A DNA stretch of 64,000 nucleotides, from assembly GCA_963822585.1 (NCBI GenBank), contig CAWGIE010000017.1:48079-112078 (forward strand), given 5' to 3'. The translations under genes and the position numbers were made by a program. This document shows, piece after piece, positions 58,937-64,000 of this stretch; the first letter of the stretch is position 1; each line of letters starts with the position of its first letter. A model generated the notes under the pieces. That model was not told the origin of the DNA. It worked only from the letters and a program-made list of their open reading frames with translations, and did not search any database. This DNA comes from an uncultured bacterium. GTDB lineage: Bacteria; Auribacterota; Erginobacteria; Erginobacterales; Erginobacteraceae.

Positions 58937-58964
58937 TTTATACTGCGACCACATGGATGGTCAA
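58937..58964 (-). promoter_or_regulatory. Possible sigma70 promoter facing the cassette array (Pc-like)
   Basis: TTGACC-16-TATAAA on the minus strand. Confidence 0.35.
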
Positions 58965-59172
58965 GCATAACTGGGGAGCATAAACGGGAGGAGATAGAGG
59001 AGGAAAAGGAGGGCCAATAACCCCTCATGGGGGGGAATGGTTGGGGTGTTGGATCAATTTATTCCCAGGGCGTTGCCCTGGGCTTTTATCCTCCTTCATC
59101 CCGCCTCTGCGGGACTACGGCGGACAAGTGTTTAACCCCTTCGGGGTTTATCCTCTTCTGGGTGGCACGAAT

Positions 59173-59505
59173 TTATTGTGATAGCTTCGCACTCGCCAGA
59201 CGATTCAGGCTGACACCTGCCTCGGATGCTTCCACCGCAAGACGTCGGTGAATTCCAGGAGGAACCCGCACCATGAATTTCCCGCTGAAATGATGTTCAG
59301 CGAGTGGTTCCGGGACCTCTTCACCGGTCTTCTTCATATCTACAACCACATCTGCAACAACGGAACGTATTCCTCGAAGCGCCGCTTCAGGAGAAGCTGA
59401 TAGCCAGCTCAGACTGGGGAATTCCGCGCAAAGCCCGACGTATTCCTTATCCTCATCCGACCAGGTGACACGATACGTATAGTGATCATTACGTATTGGC
59501 TTCAT
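59173..59505 (-). CDS. hicB: HicB-family antitoxin
   Basis: HYTYRVTWSDEDKEYVGLCAEFPSLSWL...FSGKFMVRVPP..HRRLA..GVSLN. Confidence 0.93.
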   Translation of the reverse strand: MKPIRNDHYTYRVTWSDEDKEYVGLCAEFPSLSWLSASPEAALRGIRSVVADVVVDMKKTGEEVPEPLAEHHFSGKFMVRVPPGIHRRLAVEASEAGVSLNRLASAKLSQ

Positions 59506-59746
59506 ATTCCATATTTTCGATTGCTTTTAAGATTTGCCTCACCTGATATGCCTTTGCTTTACCTTTCGCATTCTGGATATTCACCCTAGGATCGCCTTTC
59601 CAGGGGGTCTTGTATATATGATGGCTTGATCCTTTCCGCCGGGGTTCACCGAAATAATACGTACATACGCGGCATAGCTCCGCAAAGCGGATCCCTAATG
59701 GGTTCCGCCGCATTTCTGCAACAATCTTTTCAATATTCGACGTCAT
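59489..59746 (-). CDS. hicA: HicA-like toxin
   Basis: NP..IRFAEL..YFGEPR..GSSHHIYKTPW.GDPRVNIQ..KAKAYQVRQ. Confidence 0.9.
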   Translation of the reverse strand: MTSNIEKIVAEMRRNPLGIRFAELCRVCTYYFGEPRRKGSSHHIYKTPWKGDPRVNIQNAKGKAKAYQVRQILKAIENMEYEANT

Positions 59747-59749
59747 TAT

Positions 59750-59777
59750 ATGATATCAATATTGATACTACTGTCAA
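59750..59777 (-). promoter_or_regulatory. hicAB promoter with operator palindrome (probably leaderless)
   Basis: TTGACA-16-TATCAT ending 3 nt before the ATG; TATCAATATTGATA at 59754-59767. Confidence 0.65.
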
Positions 59778-59969
59778 GGCATGTTCTGCATTTATTTTAG
59801 ACTATACGATACGGACAGAGACAACCATTTGATCGATGCCCCGAAGGGGCAAACTATTTTAGCCCGGGTGCCTGCACGGCTTTAGAATGGTATACCCAGG
59901 GACAAAAATGCGATTAATCACCCGTATTTTCGGGGCGTTGCCCCGGGATATTTATTTAACAATTGAACA

Positions 59970-59998
59970 ATTGCGCACCTTAAAAGGTGCGACTACCA
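59970..59998. repeat. REP/MITE arm ATTGCGCACCTTAAAAGGTGCGACTACCA
   Basis: 29-nt exact copy at 62506-62534. Confidence 0.88.
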
Positions 59999-60049
59999 CG
60001 GCAAACCCACAAAATAGGTTTATCGGACATTCTCCGTTGGGGCTATTTA

Positions 60050-60211
60050 CTACGTTGTCTCCGGTTTCACCTTCATCCCATCGGCCAGGGTGGTGGCGGG
60101 GGCGACGATCACGGTGTCTCCGGCGGCGGGGCCGTCGGTTACTTCGGCCTGCTGGTCGTTGGTCTGGCCGAGTTGCAGCTTGATCAGGCGGGGCCGGCAG
60201 TATTTTCCGTC
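60050..60211 (-). pseudogene. C-terminal remnant of an efflux MFP-like gene
   Basis: ...LQLGQTNDQQAEVTDGPAAGDTVIVAPATTLADGMKVKPETT*, with no upstream part found. Confidence 0.55.
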
Positions 60212-60361
60212 ATTAGTCGTTCCTAAAAACCATCCGGGTTAATCAGGGGCGGGTGACACTCCGACGATTGCAGCAAAAAGGCTCCCGGCGAAATCATGCG
60301 ATCCTGGAGCCGGATATTTTAATTTACTGCTTCGGGAAAACGAAGGAAGAGATGTCCGATA

Positions 60362-60532
60362 ATGTAGTATCGTCCCTACGCTACGCTCCAGGACTTATAG
60401 GATCAGAATGCCTTCGGCATTCTTTGTAGGAATTGTAGGATCGCTTCACTTGCGATTTAGCAAGCCTTGCCGCAGGCAAGGCGATACTACATCTACTGCA
60501 AGTCCTTCACGGAGTGAAGGACGATCCTACAT
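60362..60532. repeat. Palindrome with TGTAGGAT/ATCCTACA units and small internal hairpins
   Basis: TGTAGTATCG..TAGGATC..TGTAGGAATTGTAGGATCG ... CGATACTACA..CGATCCTACA. Confidence 0.65.
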
Positions 60533-60738
60533 AAATCGGCGAACGAAGTGAGCTGATTTATTTAATCCTCCCATTTTTCAAATATGCCCTTGTATTTTAC
60601 CGGTCAGTTCCCGATCATGACCTAAAAACCGATTCATGTATGCCCGGATCGGATATACTATTTTTCAGCTCATGAAGCGGTTCTCCGCGCTCTCTGTGTA
60701 CTCTGTGGTTAAATAGCCTGTGGAGACATTTTCAGGGA

Positions 60739-61860
60739 TTGAACAAGAAACGGTTTATTAATCTTTTTCTGGCGGCCGGGATCCTCACGATCGGCGGCAT
60801 TGTTATCCTGGCTGGTTTCGAGATCTACCTCCGCCGGGCGGAAACCCATATCGTGCGGGAGTTCTCGGGAGGGGAGCATCCTTTTGTCGAGAGCGACGCC
60901 GAGTTCCTGGTCAGGTATACCTCCCGAGGACGGCGGCTGGTTCCGAACTCCCGGGTGATTATCCGGAATCACCGCATCTCCGGCCGGGACGTGACGATGG
61001 AGGTCAACTCCCTTGGCTTCCGGGACAAAGAACTTCCCCCGGTAAAATCCGAGAAGGAGCTGAGAATACTGGTCCTGGGCGACTCCATCACCTGGGCCAG
61101 CTATCTTCCGGCCGAGGAGACTTACGTCGAGCGGGCCGAGAAGTATTTGGGTGAGGCCCTTCCGGAGCGGACCATCGAAGTCGTCAACGCCGGCGTGGGC
61201 GACATCGGGATCCGGGAGGAGATCGCGATCCTGGAGGAGAAAGGCCTTTCCCTCTCCCCCGACCTGGTAGTGGTCTCCTTTTACCTTAACGATAGCCGGC
61301 CGCCCTGGGGCTTCCCGGGGGAGATTGGGCGCAGGGGTTGGCTACGCCGGCACAGCTTGCTCGCGGAGACGATCTACAAAAACCTGAAGCTCCGGCGCTG
61401 GATCAAGGAACAGGGCGACGACCGCCTGGCCTGGACGGAGGCCATGAATCGGATAAACTGGAAAGGGGATCGCGCGACCTTCCTGCGACTGGCGGCCCTG
61501 GCCCGGTACGACTGGGGCGCGGCCTGGGAGCCCGAATCCTGGAAGGTGATCGACCGGGAACTGGCACGGCTGAAGGAACTGTCGAAAAAACACGGCTTCG
61601 CCGTGGCCATCGTCTCTTTCCCGGCGGCGTTCCAGGTCTACGCGGATTTCCTCGAAGACGCGCCCCAGAAGATACTGGAGAAGCAGGCGAGCGATCTCGG
61701 TTTCGCCTTCCTGGACCTCCTCCCCCTGCTGCGGCAGTACCGGACGCGGGAGAAGGATATCTACTTCGACTGGTGCCATCCTACCGCCAAGACCAACGAC
61801 ATGATTGGGAAAGCCATTGCTGCCTTTCTTTTGAAATTGACGATTGACGATCCTGCATAA
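60739..61860 (+). CDS. SGNH/GDSL hydrolase family protein, membrane anchored
   Basis: NSLGFRD, LGDSIT, VNAGVG, YLND, FDWCHP. TTG start. Confidence 0.9.
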   Translation: MNKKRFINLFLAAGILTIGGIVILAGFEIYLRRAETHIVREFSGGEHPFVESDAEFLVRYTSRGRRLVPNSRVIIRNHRISGRDVTMEVNSLGFRDKELPPVKSEKELRILVLGDSITWASYLPAEETYVERAEKYLGEALPERTIEVVNAGVGDIGIREEIAILEEKGLSLSPDLVVVSFYLNDSRPPWGFPGEIGRRGWLRRHSLLAETIYKNLKLRRWIKEQGDDRLAWTEAMNRINWKGDRATFLRLAALARYDWGAAWEPESWKVIDRELARLKELSKKHGFAVAIVSFPAAFQVYADFLEDAPQKILEKQASDLGFAFLDLLPLLRQYRTREKDIYFDWCHPTAKTNDMIGKAIAAFLLKLTIDDPA

Positions 61861-61904
61861 ATGAGTAATCGAAGGGAACTACTATACTGTTTCCGAATTT
61901 CAAA

Positions 61905-62043
61905 AATGGTAACGGCAACGGTAACGATGCCCAGCCTGCCCCGATTCATCGGGGTATCGGTGAAGGTAAGGGGAACGGCTTCACCCGGCCCACGTAACCG
62001 TAACCGGTAGACGAAACGGGCCTCGTCACCGTCACCGCAACCG
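61905..62043. repeat. Palindrome with 6-bp units (GGTAAC / GTCACC)
   Basis: GGTAACGGCAACGGTAACG ... CGTAACCGTAACCG ... CGTCACCGTCACCGCAACCG. Confidence 0.6.
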
Positions 62044-62068
62044 AGTTGCGCCGGAGGCGCTGACTCGT

Positions 62069-62387
62069 ATGCCTTACCACATCTACGTTATTGAATTGGA
62101 CCCGGCGGTCCAGAAAAGCGGGCGGTTCCGAAAAGCCAACCCCCGGATGAACCCGGCCCTCCCCTGTTTTTACGTCGGTCAGACGGCGAAGAGACCGGAG
62201 GCGCGGTTTGACCAGAAAGAAGGGAGGACGGTTATCAAACGGTTTCGTGAGGAGATATGGCCGCCGGCTCCGCACGGGGTTGTACCGGAAGTATAACCCG
62301 GTCCCGACCCGGAAGGACGCGCTCGAACTGGAAAAATACCTGGCCGGGAAACTGAGGAAAGCCGGACACGGGATCTGGACAAATTAG
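62069..62387 (+). pseudogene. GIY-YIG-like small protein, frameshifted
   Basis: YHIYVIEL...CFYVGQT..PEARF then, after a shift near 62215, GFVRRYG..LYRKYNP..ALELEKYLAGKLRKAGHGIWTN*. Confidence 0.7.
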
Positions 62388-62430
62388 CGGCTTCGCCGCT
62401 CATTTTCGGCAATCTTCGCCAGCAGCCGGC

Positions 62431-62561
62431 CCGATAAAAACTGTTTTTGGTAGTCGCAGGTTTTAACCTGCTTTGATATTAATAGAACCCCATAATAACC
62501 AAAGGATTGCGCACCTTAAAAGGTGCGACTACCATGAGGATCCATAAAAACGGTTTTATCG
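62431..62561. repeat. MITE/REP-like element with nested inverted arms
   Basis: CGATAAAAACTGTTTTT-GGTAGTCGCAGGTTTTAACCTGC ... GCGCACCTTAAAAGGTGCGACTACC-AAAAACGGTTTTATCG. Confidence 0.8.
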
Positions 62562-62616
62562 AACAGGCTCCTGGAGTATACGGTAGATTGATAATGCTCC
62601 TGAAACCAGTTCGGGT

Positions 62617-63769
62617 CTAGATAGTCCTCCCGGCGCCGTCATTAAAAACCATGATGGCGTGGAGAGGGGTGGCGAAGCAGTTCTTTCGCAGAGACCGCAC
62701 CCGCGGCAGGCCTCCGGCATGACTACCGGACAATCGGTGCCGTTTTTATTCTTCTCCGTCCGGATGGCCAGGTAAGGGCAATATTCCTGGCAGACCAGGC
62801 AGTCCTTGTCGGCACTCCAGGCGATGCACCGCTCCCGGGCGACCCGGGCGGTCCCGATCTTGAAATCCCGCTTCTTTCAGGGCAGGTACCGGATGGCCTG
62901 GGTGGGACAGGACTGCCCGCACTTGTGGGCGGAGACTCGTCGCACTCACCCCAGGCCGGCGCCAGGCGCGGCGTGAACAGCCCTTCCGGTCCGCCCTCCA
63001 GAATCGACGGCTGCAGACCCCCGGTCAGGCAGACCCCGATACAGCTCCCGCAGCGGATACAACGATCGATAAAATTGTCTTCCGGAAGGGCTCCCGGGGG
63101 CCGGATCAGGCGGGGGTCGACCCCGGTTCTCCAGCGATGGAAGAACCGCCAGGCAAACCCGGCGGCCAGCCCCCCTCCAGGGCCAGAAGCGCTTTCCGCC
63201 GCCCCGGATCGAGCGGGCGGTCCCGACCCCGGGAACGAACCCCCTCCTTGAGCGCGGTTATCCAGTCGGATCACGCCCAAGGACGAGCTTGAAACACCAG
63301 AATCGCTTCCGCCAGAGGTTGAGGAGGAGAATCAGGAGCACCGGGAGCAGGAAGACCAACCCCACCGCCAGACGGGCGTGCAAAGCGGTGACCGCCCGGT
63401 TGGCGGGACCAGGGATCCAGAAAGCGAGCAGGTTGAGGCTGAAAAAGCCGAAACCGAATAAGAAAAGAAAGAAGCGCGTGTTGATGGCCGAGATCCGGGT
63501 CCGGCGGAAGGAGGGGAAAAGGTCCTGGAGGAGACCGATCGGGCAGACATACCAGCAGAAGAAACGGCCTTTGAAAAACGAGAGCGCCAGGAGGGGGAGC
63601 GCGATCCAGAAGAGCCAGAAAAACTCATGCCTGACGATGGAAGGGAGAAGATCGGGGCTGAGGTTCTGCCCCAGAGCGGTCAGGTAGGGCCGCTCGAACT
63701 GGAGGTAGAAGAACCCACCCCCAGGCAAGGTAGAATAGGTACCGCTATTAATCTCTTGACCTTTAACAT
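62617..63769 (-). pseudogene. 4Fe-4S binding membrane protein (NapH/MauN plus MauM/NapG-like), multiply frameshifted
   Basis: GRFFCWYVCPIG, RFWC, IRPPGA..FIDRCIRCGSCIGVC and CRGCGLCE pieces lie in different frames. Confidence 0.8.
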
Positions 63770-63805
63770 ATGTTAATATGCCTCTAACGTTATTCGATAT
63801 GAAAT

Positions 63806-64000
63806 AATTACAAATCACAAATCTCAAGCACCAAATAACAAATAAATTCCAAATTACAATGACCAAAATTACAAACCATTCGCTAAACAAAAGAAGCTAT
63901 TTTCAACTCCAATGTAAGGACTACATCATTTGGCGAGGAGCCTTCGGCGTCCCAGGTTCCACCAAGCGGTTTTGTGATTTGTGATTTGTGATTTGTTTGT
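63806..64000. repeat. Palindrome with 7-bp units (ACAAAT[C/T] / GATTTGT); runs off the window
   Basis: TTACAAATCACAAATCTCAAGCACCAAATAACAAATAAATTCCAAATTACAA ... TTGTGATTTGTGATTTGTGATTTGTTTGT. Confidence 0.85.

Noticed and set aside
60205..60235. Similarity to 62636-62655 (CCGTCATTA..AAAAACCAT)
   Set aside because: Short and gapped, and the second copy is coding sequence of the Fe-S pseudogene; likely chance.
63770..63890. N-terminal extension MFSEWFVILVIVIWNLFVIW of ORF 63258-63890
   Set aside because: Translation of the 7-bp repeat arm, not part of the Fe-S gene.

Overview
GC-rich bacterial chromosomal window with no rRNA, tRNA or CRISPR detected. (1) 1-10.9 kb is a minus-strand run in which DNA-uptake genes sit inside a nucleoside-catabolism pathway. 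The order is pdp, a small membrane protein, a giant 1280-aa ComEC whose fused MBL domain has lost its metal ligands, two comEA, a stand-alone MBL hydrolase with intact motifs, a membrane-anchored DHH phosphoesterase, deoB and punA. (2) 11-26.7 kb holds a GT-C pseudogene, a GT2, a hybrid kinase and receiver, HTH-PtsN plus a CBS-antiporter, mazEF bracketed by 94-bp direct repeats, an HNH pseudogene and an RND efflux operon. (3) 27-48.6 kb is a surface-polysaccharide locus (Wzz, AsnB-like, FAD oxidoreductase, GT2-MTase, several GT-C-like proteins, flippase, pyruvyltransferase, Wzy-like, GT4, PssD/PssE). (4) 48.7-64 kb is an accessory region. It contains an IS1634 inserted in a REP-like palindrome, a decaying integron-like cassette array with no integrase, an IS110/IS1111-type element inserted precisely in an attC-like site with a two-loop bridge/seek-RNA-like 3' non-coding end, brnTA, hicAB and several pseudogenes. 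Many intergenic spacers carry palindromes built from short tandem units. All calls come from reading the sequence and recognising motifs; no database searches were run.
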